A stretch of 64,000 nt of DNA from a virus (taxonomy: Duplodnaviria; Caudoviricetes), in IMG/VR virus record IMGVR_UViG_3300028275_000007; one strand, 5' to 3'. The notes below the pieces were generated by a model. That model saw only the letters and a list, made by a program, of their open reading frames with translations. It was not told the DNA's origin and made no database searches. Of this stretch, positions 38,130 through 48,011 are shown piece after piece (positions within the stretch are counted from its first letter, which is position 1; the number at the start of each line of letters is the position of its first letter). Both the position numbers and the translations under genes were made by a program.

Positions 38130-38411
38130 ATGTCTAATGAATTTTTTAAAACACCAGAAATGAAAACACCAGAAGTTAAATTCAACAAAAACGGTTATGA
38201 AATCCGTACAGAAATCTTAGAAATGGCTAAAGAGCTTGTTTCTCAAGACTTCCACGTTAAGTTCCAAGGTTGGGAATTAACAGCAGAACGTGATGAAAAG
38301 ACTGGTCAAATTGTAACTAAGGTAGGTATGCCTGAATTCCCAGGCCTAGATAAAGTATTAGAAACCGCCGAAAAAATGTACGCATTTGTTAACAACGGCG
38401 TGAAGAAATAA
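38130..38411 (+). CDS. Conserved phage hypothetical protein
   Basis: KNGYEIRTEILEMAK...A..MY.FV; AAGGAG RBS. Confidence 0.75.
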   Translation: MSNEFFKTPEMKTPEVKFNKNGYEIRTEILEMAKELVSQDFHVKFQGWELTAERDEKTGQIVTKVGMPEFPGLDKVLETAEKMYAFVNNGVKK

Positions 38412-38446
38412 TATTAGGCTCATAGAGCAAATATAATAGAAAAAAG

Positions 38447-38474
38447 AAAAGCACTCTTCGGAGTGCTTTTTCTT
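38447..38474. terminator. Bidirectional terminator
   Basis: AAAAGCACTC-TTCG-GAGTGCTTTT. Confidence 0.85.
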
Positions 38475-39059
38475 TTATAGTGCTTTGGATATTTTTTCTA
38501 AAATGATTTTAACAGTCTTATCGCTGATCACAACTTCGTAATGATTTAATGGAAGCTCTATTTGTTCAAAGTCTTTGCGACTGCGCATACTCTTTAATGT
38601 AACTACTCCGTCATTATCACCTTGTATCCAAGGACTTTGCCCAACAGTAGAAACTATCTGAGTCCAATTTGGAGGAGCAGGTAAATCCCTCGATTCACGC
38701 ATCGGTGTACTCATTGTTCCAATATCTTTCATTAATTGATTGAATGGTACAAAGTACCTAGCAAAGTCTGCTTGTTCGCTGCCACCATAGGGTGTCGACA
38801 GGCTAACTCCTCCGTGTGTAGTTTCTTTATAATAATTGGCCAGATGCAGAGCGTAGATACCTCCTAGACTATGACTGATAAAGAAAAGTCTATCAGCATC
38901 ATCTAATTTGCCCTTCATTTGTTTTAGATTATGTTCAAACCCATCTTCGCTTTTGTACTCAAGCATAATATCGGGTTCGTCAAAATAATCTCTTACATAT
39001 TGTCTAATGTGAGTGAAACTTTCAGAAGTTGCACTAGCACCGTGTATGTAAACAATCAT
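38475..39059 (-). CDS. Alpha/beta hydrolase (esterase/lipase-like)
   Basis: YIHGA, SHSLGG nucleophile elbow, STPYGG, NDGVV, NHYE. Confidence 0.85.
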   Translation of the reverse strand: MIVYIHGASATSESFTHIRQYVRDYFDEPDIMLEYKSEDGFEHNLKQMKGKLDDADRLFFISHSLGGIYALHLANYYKETTHGGVSLSTPYGGSEQADFARYFVPFNQLMKDIGTMSTPMRESRDLPAPPNWTQIVSTVGQSPWIQGDNDGVVTLKSMRSRKDFEQIELPLNHYEVVISDKTVKIILEKISKAL

Positions 39060-39060
39060 C

Positions 39061-39765
39061 TTACTTCCTTAATTCAGCTATCCTTAAAACTCTAAACAAA
39101 CTTAACCACATCCAACCAATGTCAAACTCAAACCATCGACGGCTTAGTTTAGGACTTGCTGGGCTAAGGTGATGATTGTTATGAAGCTCTTCCCCACCAA
39201 TGATAATACCCCAAGGACTAATATTGCGACTACGATCATTGCTAATTCCGTTTTTATATCCATACCAATGTCCTACTCCGTTGATAACTCCTGCTGCCCA
39301 GAAAGGAATCCAAAGCATTTGTATACCCCAAACTACTAGTCCTACAGGTCCAAAAAGAACAAGGTCTATGACCAACATTAAGAGAATCCCCCAGCGACTG
39401 TGTGGGGTATACAAATTACGTTCGATCCAATCATCCGGAGTACCAACTCCGTATTGTTGAATCATTTCAGAATCTTTACTTGCAGTATGATATAATACAG
39501 CACCTTTAAACAACACACGCCAAATACCGTATACGTGCGGACTATGCGGGTCGCCTTGTTCATCACTAAATCTGTGATGCTTACGATGTATCGCCACCCA
39601 TTGTTTTGTGACCATACCAGTAGTAAGCCATAACCAAAAACGTATTAGATGTTCAAATATAAAATTAAAGGTTATGCCTCTATGAGCCTGTCCACGATGC
39701 AGGTATAGTGTGACGCACACTATTGTGATGTGCGTCATCACTAACGTTGCTAAAATAATTTCCAT
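39061..39765 (-). CDS. Acyl-CoA/fatty acid (delta-9 type) desaturase
   Basis: His boxes LHRGQAH, IHRKHH, LHNNHH. Confidence 0.92.
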   Translation of the reverse strand: MEIILATLVMTHITIVCVTLYLHRGQAHRGITFNFIFEHLIRFWLWLTTGMVTKQWVAIHRKHHRFSDEQGDPHSPHVYGIWRVLFKGAVLYHTASKDSEMIQQYGVGTPDDWIERNLYTPHSRWGILLMLVIDLVLFGPVGLVVWGIQMLWIPFWAAGVINGVGHWYGYKNGISNDRSRNISPWGIIIGGEELHNNHHLSPASPKLSRRWFEFDIGWMWLSLFRVLRIAELRK

Positions 39766-39772
39766 CTAATAT

Positions 39773-40981
39773 TTAGTGGAACTGATCTGCCTCTGTGCTG
39801 GACTTATTAGCAACTGTTGATGTAGCACCAACTGCTTCACTAATCAAATCAAAGTAACCAACGCCAACTTCACGTTGATGTTTAACTGTTGTAAAGCCAC
39901 GAGCCTGTGCTTCAAACTCACGCTGTTGCATTTCTGAATACCCAGCCATACCACGTTGTTTATAGGCTTCTGCTAATTCAAATGTAGCAAGGTTAACTGA
40001 ATGGAATCCTGCTAGTGTAATGAACTGAAACTTATAGCCTAACGCACCTAATTCACGTTGGAATGTTTCACATTCTTCAATGCTTAAAAACTTTTGCCAA
40101 TTAAAACTAGGACTGCAATTATAAGCAAGCATTTGATCAGGATACTGGGCACGGATCGCTTCAGCAAACTTTCTAGCCTGTGCGATATCAGGTGTGCTAG
40201 TTTCGAACCAAAGGAGATCAGCGTAAGGGGCATAAGCAAGACCTCTGCTAATACAAGCATCAAGCCCGTTTTTAAATTTGTAAAAGCCTTCGTCAGTGCG
40301 TTCATCAATAATAAAGTCCTTGTCCAATGGATCGTGATTGCTGGTAATAAGTGTAGCAGACTCTGCGTCGGTACGTGCCATAATAACTGTTTCTACTCCT
40401 GCTACATCGCTAGCAAGACGTGCGGCCTGTAGGTTACGAATAGCTTGGCTAGTGGGAATTAAAACCTTACCGCCTAAGTGTCCACATTTCTTTTCGCTAG
40501 ATAGTTGATCTTCAAAGTGTACGCCTGCGGCGCCTGCTTCGATCATAGCCATCATAAGTTCATATGCGTTTAATGCGCCACCAAAACCTGCTTCTGCGTC
40601 AGCTACAATTGGCAAGAAATAATCTGTTGTTAAATTGCCTTCACTGTGTTCGATTTGATCGGCACGACGGAACGCATTATTGATTTGCTTAACGATTGTG
40701 GGCACTGAATTTACTGGATATAAACTTTGATCAGGATATGTTTGTCCTGCTGTATTTGCGGCTGCGGCCACTTGCCAGCCTGATAGATAAATTGCTTTGA
40801 GTCCTGCTTTGGCGTGTTGTACGGCTTGTTGGCCGCTGTACGCTCCTAGCGTGTTAACGTATGGTTCTGTTGCTAGTAACTCACGTAGTTTGGTTGCACC
40901 ACGTTTGGCTAAAGTATGCTCAATTTGTAATGAGCCTTGTAACTTGCGGACTGTGTCTTGTGTGTAGTTGCGCTTCTTCAT
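39773..40981 (-). CDS. aceA: Isocitrate lyase
   Basis: [35 protein letters not shown]. Confidence 0.96.
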   Translation of the reverse strand: MKKRNYTQDTVRKLQGSLQIEHTLAKRGATKLRELLATEPYVNTLGAYSGQQAVQHAKAGLKAIYLSGWQVAAAANTAGQTYPDQSLYPVNSVPTIVKQINNAFRRADQIEHSEGNLTTDYFLPIVADAEAGFGGALNAYELMMAMIEAGAAGVHFEDQLSSEKKCGHLGGKVLIPTSQAIRNLQAARLASDVAGVETVIMARTDAESATLITSNHDPLDKDFIIDERTDEGFYKFKNGLDACISRGLAYAPYADLLWFETSTPDIAQARKFAEAIRAQYPDQMLAYNCSPSFNWQKFLSIEECETFQRELGALGYKFQFITLAGFHSVNLATFELAEAYKQRGMAGYSEMQQREFEAQARGFTTVKHQREVGVGYFDLISEAVGATSTVANKSSTEADQFH

Positions 40982-41085
40982 TTGGTTCTCCTTAAAAGCC
41001 TAGTATTTATGGCTCTTCTAGAGGACTTGACAAAATCATTATCTGAGTATATAATATTAGAGTAAAATAATAGATTGGACATACA

Positions 41086-41673
41086 ATGAAAGACAAAGTA
41101 ATACTCACTGACGCCGATGGCGTTCTACTAGATTGGGAATGGGCATTTGATGTTTGGATGCAGGAACACGGATTCAAACGTCAAGAAGGTAGCCAATTTG
41201 TTTATAGCATTGGTAAACGCTACGGTATTGATATGGAGCAGGGCAAGAAGCTGATTAAGATTTTTAATGAATCTGCTCATATGGGATTTTTACCTGCCCT
41301 ACGTGATGCTCAACATTATGTAAAACGCTTACACGAAGAACACGGTTATGTATTCCATTGTATCACTAGCCTAAGCAAAGATCGTAACGCTCAAAAACTA
41401 CGTAAGATGAATATGCGTAAGTTGTTTGGTGAAACTGCATTTGATAAGTTTATTATCCTAGACACAGGTGCAGACAAAGACGAAGTGTTAGAACAATATC
41501 GTGGGACAGGCTGCTGGTGGATTGAAGATAAAATCACCAATGCCGTCGCTGGTCATAACGTAGGACTAAAACCTCTGCTTATGGAACACGGTCACAATAT
41601 GGATTTTGAACACGCAGAAATTCCAAGAGTTCAATCCTGGAAAGACATTTACGAAATTATCGTAAACGGTTAA
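41086..41673 (+). CDS. HAD-family 5'(3')-deoxyribonucleotidase
   Basis: LTDADGVLLDW, IEDK. Confidence 0.85.
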   Translation: MKDKVILTDADGVLLDWEWAFDVWMQEHGFKRQEGSQFVYSIGKRYGIDMEQGKKLIKIFNESAHMGFLPALRDAQHYVKRLHEEHGYVFHCITSLSKDRNAQKLRKMNMRKLFGETAFDKFIILDTGADKDEVLEQYRGTGCWWIEDKITNAVAGHNVGLKPLLMEHGHNMDFEHAEIPRVQSWKDIYEIIVNG

Positions 41674-42280
41674 CAAAATCTAACAGTAACTGATAATGAG
41701 TACCTTGATGCCAATGCGGCTCAAGGTATTTTTTATCATACCACCACTGTTCGCTTTCTGGATGGCAACCTATTAGTCCGATATTCTTTTGCACAATCGC
41801 CATAGGATCACTATTGCTATAGCTAGCCACAACGTCCATATTATTCCCAACAAATGCACAACCGTCATAGAAATACATCCTTTCAAAATTGTCTAGCCAC
41901 TTCACTGGCATTGCTTTAGGGTGGGGTCTTCTAGTGCAGGTATTGGGACGTTTGATATATTGTGTAACCTCAACGTTATCTAATAAATCAAAATAGTCTG
42001 GGCCGGCCCAATACGCTCCCATACATATTCCTAAATACTTTCCGCCATTGCTAACGAAGTGTTTTACAGCATCATAATTCCATTTTACTAATGTATCAAA
42101 TCTGTCTGCATCTCCAAAGCCTCCTGGAAAGCATACACAGTCCACATCATCAAAGAAAGTGGTTTCTACTTCGTCTTTGGAGAATAATTTAAAAGAATGT
42201 TGGGGGGATAATGCTTTTATAATTCCATTAGCTGAATCAACTGCGCAAACAGGTTGATGTATGAATAAAGCAATTTTCAT
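41657..42280 (-). CDS. Class I glutamine amidotransferase-like (BPL_N) protein
   Basis: FPGGFG, YLGICMGAY, GCHPE. Confidence 0.8.
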   Translation of the reverse strand: MKIALFIHQPVCAVDSANGIIKALSPQHSFKLFSKDEVETTFFDDVDCVCFPGGFGDADRFDTLVKWNYDAVKHFVSNGGKYLGICMGAYWAGPDYFDLLDNVEVTQYIKRPNTCTRRPHPKAMPVKWLDNFERMYFYDGCAFVGNNMDVVASYSNSDPMAIVQKNIGLIGCHPESEQWWYDKKYLEPHWHQGTHYQLLLDFVNRLR

Positions 42281-42296
42281 TGGACAAAATGTAAAT

Positions 42297-42392
42297 GCTC
42301 ACTTAGGGGACCATTCCGGGGCACGACTCCCATAATCCCCTGCCCAGCAGCCGGGCCACCCAAAGTAACGATAACGTCCTAAGGTAGGGTGT
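42297..42392 (-). ncRNA. Candidate pseudoknotted structured RNA
   Basis: GC-rich intergenic; crossing CACCC/GGGTG and CTTAGG/CCTAAG helices; GCCCG-GCTGC-TGGGC and GGGG/CCCC stems. Confidence 0.55.
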
Positions 42393-42394
42393 TT

Positions 42395-43516
42395 TTAATT
42401 GCCTTCGCGATCTCTTTCGACTCTAAGTTGTTCTCTATGAATACTTGGATGTCTTTCAATAACTCTACGAATAGCATCTTCTTCGCTTTCTGCTTCAATA
42501 CGAGCTGTTCGTCCATTTTGAAGAAGTGTAACTATAAACATTCCGGGACCTTCTTCAGCTGGCTCATCTTCTTTCTTCTCTGGTTCAGATGCATATGAAT
42601 ATGGCAATCTAGATTTAATGTCTGCAATTGCTTTATCAATGTCGTAACCGTCTGGAGTTATATCTTTAGAATTCTGCTTGATTTCTTCTGCTTTAGATTT
42701 CATAGCAGCGATAATTTCTTTAAGCAATCCGGGGAATAGTTCAGCAAACTTTTCATCTCCACGGCTATAACTCAACGATTGATTACCGTTGTTCATCTGT
42801 CCTGTTGGGGCGTGCATCTGCCACTTACCGTTTACATCGTCTTGATTTTGTTTATCAACAATACTAACGATAGGACCTTCTGGAGCATAGCGTTCAAACC
42901 AACGTAGACCTGAACTAGATCCTGTACAGAAACTTGCCTGATAACCTTCGGAGTTATTGAATGTATAACAAGCACCGTAGTTGTAAGGTAATGTTACTAG
43001 GAAACGATCATTGTTGATCAATATAGATTCTTTCTTTTCACGCTTATGTTTCTCAATAACTTCAGCATCTTTAATCTTACGTAATTCGTCTCGGTATTCT
43101 CTAGTCTGTACAATTGCTTGAATCTGGCGTAGATTTTTAAAACGATTAAAATCCTGATGCGGCTCTTTGAGCTTACCGCGTATACTTAGAGCTTTCCAAG
43201 CACCTAGGGCATCCCCACCTTCACCGTTGATATCCTCATAGTCTACTACACCGTTCATATAAAGACGTGTCAACCAATCGTCAAACTTACCGTCTTGTGA
43301 AAGGTCGCCGTAGTCTGTTGAACGAAGTGATGTATCTAATAGTTCACTCCATAGTTGTAAAATTGCTTGATCGTCTGGTTTAGGACCTAACTTAGCAACC
43401 TTATCTTTTGGTAATGTGCTGTCGTGACGCATTGCAATTCCAAGCATCTTAACAGTCTTTGGATCTTTTAATTTTGCCGCAATGTTGGCTTCTAATACGA
43501 TTTGATCTAGTTTCAT
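42395..43516 (-). CDS. Late protein of unknown function with capsid-targeting-like N-terminus
   Basis: MKLDQIVLEA; 373 aa. Confidence 0.7.
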   Translation of the reverse strand: MKLDQIVLEANIAAKLKDPKTVKMLGIAMRHDSTLPKDKVAKLGPKPDDQAILQLWSELLDTSLRSTDYGDLSQDGKFDDWLTRLYMNGVVDYEDINGEGGDALGAWKALSIRGKLKEPHQDFNRFKNLRQIQAIVQTREYRDELRKIKDAEVIEKHKREKKESILINNDRFLVTLPYNYGACYTFNNSEGYQASFCTGSSSGLRWFERYAPEGPIVSIVDKQNQDDVNGKWQMHAPTGQMNNGNQSLSYSRGDEKFAELFPGLLKEIIAAMKSKAEEIKQNSKDITPDGYDIDKAIADIKSRLPYSYASEPEKKEDEPAEEGPGMFIVTLLQNGRTARIEAESEEDAIRRVIERHPSIHREQLRVERDREGN

Positions 43517-44388
43517 CCTGTTATCAAAGCCCTTTTAAAGAATGAAAGAACTGCTCCAAGCTTCTTTTGATCTCCACCGGCAATGTCTTTTAATAATTGT
43601 TGTGTGCCTTCTGAACGTTGGGCACTAAATCTACTACCATAACTTTTTGTTATACTACCAGTCTGTTCTGGATAATAATGACTTGCGGCCATTAACACCG
43701 AAACGTTAATAGCATTAGTAACAAACTCTGGCGTAACATCTTCGCCTGCTTCTAATGCTTCTAATCCGCTTTGCAGTTTACTTACGTGATTAAGTTTCTT
43801 TTGTGCTTTTTCAAACGCATCGTTCTTGATCATATTGGCCACGTGACCTTTAACGTCTGCTATGGCCGCTGTGGTAGCACGAATCCACATTGGGCGAAAT
43901 TTTTTAACTAGAGTTTCTTGTGTAACTTCTTGTGTGCCGCCGGCGCCTTGTTGTGCATCTGCACGTTTGCGCTGTTTATCAGTGACTGCTCTAGTGTTCT
44001 TGCCCACATAAAACTTTTGTAGCTTACCAATTTTTGATTTTAAGAAATCTAGAATATTTCCGCCACGACCGTCTGATGTAGTGTCAATCGGGCCACCGCT
44101 ACTGGCAACTGCATCATAGGTACCGTTACGTCCGGATTTAATAGCTCCGGTACCCTTGGCTCCTTGTATAATAACCCAGGCACCTTCATAGGCATTTTTT
44201 AAATCGCTCCAAGATATTTTATCTACTGGACGATATCCAATATCGTGTGCAAGTTTTAGGTCTTTGTGTAGAGCCTGAACTACTTCTTTACCGCCAGGCT
44301 GTCCGGCAATAAGATTCATAGAAGTACTAGCTTCGTCTAAGTGTCCTTCTAAAAGTTGGGCAAATATTTGGTAAGATTCTGGTCGCAT
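43513..44388 (-). CDS. Late protein of unknown function
   Basis: TAAATA 5 nt before ATG 44388; ...LLEGHLDEAS. Confidence 0.7.
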   Translation of the reverse strand: MRPESYQIFAQLLEGHLDEASTSMNLIAGQPGGKEVVQALHKDLKLAHDIGYRPVDKISWSDLKNAYEGAWVIIQGAKGTGAIKSGRNGTYDAVASSGGPIDTTSDGRGGNILDFLKSKIGKLQKFYVGKNTRAVTDKQRKRADAQQGAGGTQEVTQETLVKKFRPMWIRATTAAIADVKGHVANMIKNDAFEKAQKKLNHVSKLQSGLEALEAGEDVTPEFVTNAINVSVLMAASHYYPEQTGSITKSYGSRFSAQRSEGTQQLLKDIAGGDQKKLGAVLSFFKRALITG

Positions 44389-44395
44389 AATATAT

Positions 44396-45196
44396 TTATT
44401 TGCATTTAGCTCGTTTTGCATTAGTCAAAGCACCAAAATCTACGGGCCATTCTTGCCCTGGTGCCAGCTCTTTGGCAGTACCTGGAAAACCAAATACAAC
44501 ATTTGCTTCTGCTTGAATATCGCGTATAGCAGTTCTAAATTTAGTTAGGTCGTTGCCTAGGTTGCCGTAGGGAGCACCGTGTGGAAATCTCCAACCTGCC
44601 ACAGCGCCTGTTTGTTGATCAACAACGATCTTATAGTAAGCGTGTGGAACTATAACTCCGTTACCGATGTATTTGTCACCAGCGCCATATATAGCCCCAA
44701 CGTATACGGTAAACGGGCGGTTCTGTTGAAAGGCCCACCCACGCACGGAAGTTTCCAGTAACTTCCAAATCCCACGATTTAGGCTCCCGTGTTGGGGATA
44801 CATATTCGTCATCAAAAAACTTTCGTACTCTACTTGTTGACTCCAGCTCATATCCCCGTCCGGTGCTGCATGGCCCTTGTCGTAGCCAGTCCCAGCATAG
44901 TCCGACGGGGTCGCTCCGTTTGGGACTGATTTGTCCGCAACAAAAGCATCTGTTCTAGGAAAACAACCTAGAGCATTTTGTGGCAATAATGTGTAGCTTA
45001 CATAAGCAGGAATCTTAACAGGAGCATCATAGCCTACTAGATATGCTTCTCTGCAAATAGGCTGTATCTGACGTACAGTCTGTGCCCATCCATAGGGGCT
45101 GTGTACTTTGCAGGCATCAACTGGTAGTGGAGCACGTTGTTCCCAAGCAAATGCCTGAGAAGTAAAAAGTGCTAATATAATTAAAAATTTATTCAT
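44396..45196 (-). CDS. Secreted DNA/RNA non-specific endonuclease (NucA/EndoG family)
   Basis: Signal MNKFLIILALFTSQAFA; YDKGHAAP, SFLMTNMYPQ...LNRGIW..LE. Confidence 0.9.
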   Translation of the reverse strand: MNKFLIILALFTSQAFAWEQRAPLPVDACKVHSPYGWAQTVRQIQPICREAYLVGYDAPVKIPAYVSYTLLPQNALGCFPRTDAFVADKSVPNGATPSDYAGTGYDKGHAAPDGDMSWSQQVEYESFLMTNMYPQHGSLNRGIWKLLETSVRGWAFQQNRPFTVYVGAIYGAGDKYIGNGVIVPHAYYKIVVDQQTGAVAGWRFPHGAPYGNLGNDLTKFRTAIRDIQAEANVVFGFPGTAKELAPGQEWPVDFGALTNAKRAKCK

Positions 45197-45224
45197 TACG
45201 GTTATCCTAAAATTAACTGTGTAT

Positions 45225-45869
45225 TTATTTCCAGGATACCATCTTAAATCTTTCTTCAGGAATACCAAAATAATCGCATTTCCAACGGCTTTGAGCAAAA
45301 AAATCTAAATGATGCCATTGTTCCTTGAGATTTAATATTTGTTTTCCTGCATCAAGCCAGTCAATGGACAACAATATAGGTTCTACGGTTTTGCGAATGC
45401 TTTCTATTTCTTCGTAGTTAAAACTATCCCATTCCCAGTGTAATATTTCAAAAACATTACCTTTAGTATCAACCCAGTCCATACTAAAATCTAATCCCCA
45501 CTTAGGGCGAAGAGATATAATTTTATAAATTAATGGCAATGATTTGGCCCAATTTTGTAGCTCTTCAAGGGCCTCTCCTGTATAGCCTTTACGTTCAAAC
45601 AACAAACTATGATTAAGTACAGGGCCCACAATAGTAGGCTCTTGTACAAACCAATCTTGTTTCAAAGCACGTATATGTTCTCTGTGCTTCTTTGGTTTAG
45701 CGTAATTACCGTAGGCAAAATGTTGTTCTAGTACAGTAAGATCGTAGCCGTTTTGATCAAACAATGCTACATCTTCTGCTGTGGGTAAAAACAATATCTT
45801 AGCAATAGGTTGATCCCAATAACCGTTTGGATCAAACTTGTTATCAGTTATAACCACGTTTGTGTTCAT
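45225..45869 (-). CDS. Conserved hypothetical protein
   Basis: W-rich 214-aa ORF. Confidence 0.7.
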   Translation of the reverse strand: MNTNVVITDNKFDPNGYWDQPIAKILFLPTAEDVALFDQNGYDLTVLEQHFAYGNYAKPKKHREHIRALKQDWFVQEPTIVGPVLNHSLLFERKGYTGEALEELQNWAKSLPLIYKIISLRPKWGLDFSMDWVDTKGNVFEILHWEWDSFNYEEIESIRKTVEPILLSIDWLDAGKQILNLKEQWHHLDFFAQSRWKCDYFGIPEERFKMVSWK

Positions 45870-45993
45870 CTTCTGCTTGACAACGATCGCAGGCACATTC
45901 TGAACAGTGATCGCAGGTTTCTTCTAAACAGCTATGTCCGCAATGTGCGGGATGTTTACAATGATTACACGTAAGTCTTTGGTATTCGCTCAT
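45844..45993 (-). CDS. Metallothionein-like Cys/His-rich peptide (49 aa); not in ORF track
   Basis: MSEYQRLTCNHCKHPAHCGHSCLEETCDHCSECACDRCQAEDEHKRGYN; AAGGA RBS. Confidence 0.7.
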   Translation of the reverse strand: MSEYQRLTCNHCKHPAHCGHSCLEETCDHCSECACDRCQAEDEHKRGYN

Positions 45994-46002
45994 AGTACTT
46001 CC

Positions 46003-47334
46003 TTAATAAATCTCTCGCCATTGAAAGCCAACTCCAACATTTGTACTTTGTGCTCCGAGATTAGTTGCCACTACTACATATATCTCGCTGTCGGAACTAT
46101 CATAGTTTTGTATAATATAATTCTTTTTGGCTGAACTAGGGATGTTTGCTGCCGGTGCTCCGCCAGCCTTTTGACTTCCTTGTGTGCTGGCTCCAACAAA
46201 TCCGTTATCAAGTTCATCGCCGTCTGTAAATGCTGTACAGGTAGCGTTGTATTGTACACCACTGTCATCATCAACATCGACCCAAGTTGAACCTGTTAAC
46301 TGTGATTGAGCTGGTAATTTAATTAAACGCCATTTAATATTCTCGCCGTCGCTGAATACATTTATATTACCTGCGCGAACTATCATACGGTTAGCATAGG
46401 TTTTAAAGGTTGTCTTTAGTCTAATGGCTAAGACTGGCAATGTAGCCCCTGAAGCTAATGCTCTTAGGCTAGGACTACTCACAGCCCAATCGGTACCTGC
46501 TTCTACATAGCCGCCTTCTGATGCCACAGTAGAGCAAATCTGATCAAAGTACGCACCTGTGGTAGTGCCTGTGTTTACAATCTCACAGCGTACAGGCAAG
46601 TTTGGTGTACTCATATAAACTGTGGTTAAACTATTTGAATGATGAAATTGATGACAGGGAATAAAGGCACCTTCGTGTACAAATCCTACAGTAACTGATC
46701 CTACACCTAGCCATTGGAATTCTATAAATGATAGTTGTGTCTTAGTAATATCTATATCAAATGTACTTCCGCCTGTTCCGTCACATTTATCAATATTCCA
46801 CTCTGATTGTGTCTTACGATTTTCTACAGGTGCGCCAGATGTGTATGTTCTTATTACCCAACTTAGTGTACCGTCTCCTGCTTGTTCAAAGTATATACCA
46901 TTGTTGTCATCAAAGTAACCTGTGCGTTTTGTAACATTAGTAGTAGCCGCATAGAAGTTAAAACTTGAAAGTATCTGCTGACTTTTGCCTGGCATATAGT
47001 GATGATAGAACTTAGTCTGATGAACAACACGACTAGCAGAGTTGCTGGTAGTTGTTAGTCTAGCACAGGCTTTGTTTGATTGAAATTCTACAGTTCCACC
47101 GTTCACTGTGTAGTCAATGAAGTTAGGATCTAGTCCGTATAAGTGTTTGTAGTCTCCTAGAGTAAATGGCTCGCTCATACGTATGCGGCCGAACGCATCT
47201 GTCTGTCCTACTTTGTTAGTGGTTCTTAGTGTAGGCTGTCCTAACTGATTGTACTCCATAACCAAGTGAAGATCAGCAAGGTTAGGTTCCCAAGGATGTT
47301 CGTAGTTAGTGCTATTAGGATTTAAGATCGGCAT
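46003..47334 (-). CDS. Virion structural protein (beta-rich)
   Basis: 443 aa, T/G/S/N-rich, in late cluster. Confidence 0.6.
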   Translation of the reverse strand: MPILNPNSTNYEHPWEPNLADLHLVMEYNQLGQPTLRTTNKVGQTDAFGRIRMSEPFTLGDYKHLYGLDPNFIDYTVNGGTVEFQSNKACARLTTTSNSASRVVHQTKFYHHYMPGKSQQILSSFNFYAATTNVTKRTGYFDDNNGIYFEQAGDGTLSWVIRTYTSGAPVENRKTQSEWNIDKCDGTGGSTFDIDITKTQLSFIEFQWLGVGSVTVGFVHEGAFIPCHQFHHSNSLTTVYMSTPNLPVRCEIVNTGTTTGAYFDQICSTVASEGGYVEAGTDWAVSSPSLRALASGATLPVLAIRLKTTFKTYANRMIVRAGNINVFSDGENIKWRLIKLPAQSQLTGSTWVDVDDDSGVQYNATCTAFTDGDELDNGFVGASTQGSQKAGGAPAANIPSSAKKNYIIQNYDSSDSEIYVVVATNLGAQSTNVGVGFQWREIY

Positions 47335-47337
47335 ATG

Positions 47338-47562
47338 TTACGCCCAAGGTCTGCCAGCAATGAGCCCGCCTACGTTGGCATTATCTTCAATAGTATTATC
47401 TGCTTTATATTTTGTAGGCAATTGAGTAATGTCTGCTGTTGTATCAGAATAACGTCCCGGTTCAACTGCATTACGATCTGCTCGATCCTGTCCAGCTAAT
47501 GCTAATTTAGCTTCTTGTCTTAATTTCTTATTGGCTAGAGTTGAGATTCCGTTAGCTGACAT
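47338..47562 (-). CDS. Hypothetical protein
   Basis: MSANGISTL...LIAGRPW. Confidence 0.7.
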   Translation of the reverse strand: MSANGISTLANKKLRQEAKLALAGQDRADRNAVEPGRYSDTTADITQLPTKYKADNTIEDNANVGGLIAGRPWA

Positions 47563-47969
47563 TATGGTCTATCCTTGCTTGGGTAAATTCTAAATGAGTT
47601 ACCTCTAATATCTTCTGGCTCTTTCGTACCCTGCCATTGGTCGGCACCTGCATCCTTAGTAACTGCATCAATGCCAGCATATTGTTCTTGTGGCTCTGTG
47701 CTAATAGTCTGCTGATTGGCCATATCAACAATCTGCCTAAATCTTTTAATATCGTTATCAGCATACCCAGTTTCTTCTTTAGCTGGTTTGCCCTGTTTCT
47801 GCATAAATGAAACAATGCTGTCATATGCGTCCATTGTTACAGGGCCCTCTTGCGATAATTTAGTTACAATTTCTGCTACATCGTGTAGATCAGCATCCTG
47901 TTTGACATCTTCGCGAGCTAATTCTAATAATCTAATAAAAAGAGGAACGTCTAACTGTACAATATCCAT
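47562..47969 (-). CDS. Hypothetical late protein
   Basis: [16 protein letters not shown] motif; TAAATA upstream. Confidence 0.7.
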   Translation of the reverse strand: MDIVQLDVPLFIRLLELAREDVKQDADLHDVAEIVTKLSQEGPVTMDAYDSIVSFMQKQGKPAKEETGYADNDIKRFRQIVDMANQQTISTEPQEQYAGIDAVTKDAGADQWQGTKEPEDIRGNSFRIYPSKDRP

Positions 47970-48011
47970 TTGATAATCTCCGATCTAATATTTAGCGTAA
48001 ATACAGTTACT

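Noticed and set aside
42340-42362. GTGGCCCGGCTGC resembles the GTGGCCCCGCTGC repeats at 58.7-59.0 kb
   Set aside because: Here it is part of a hairpin that is absent in the other copies; probably coincidence
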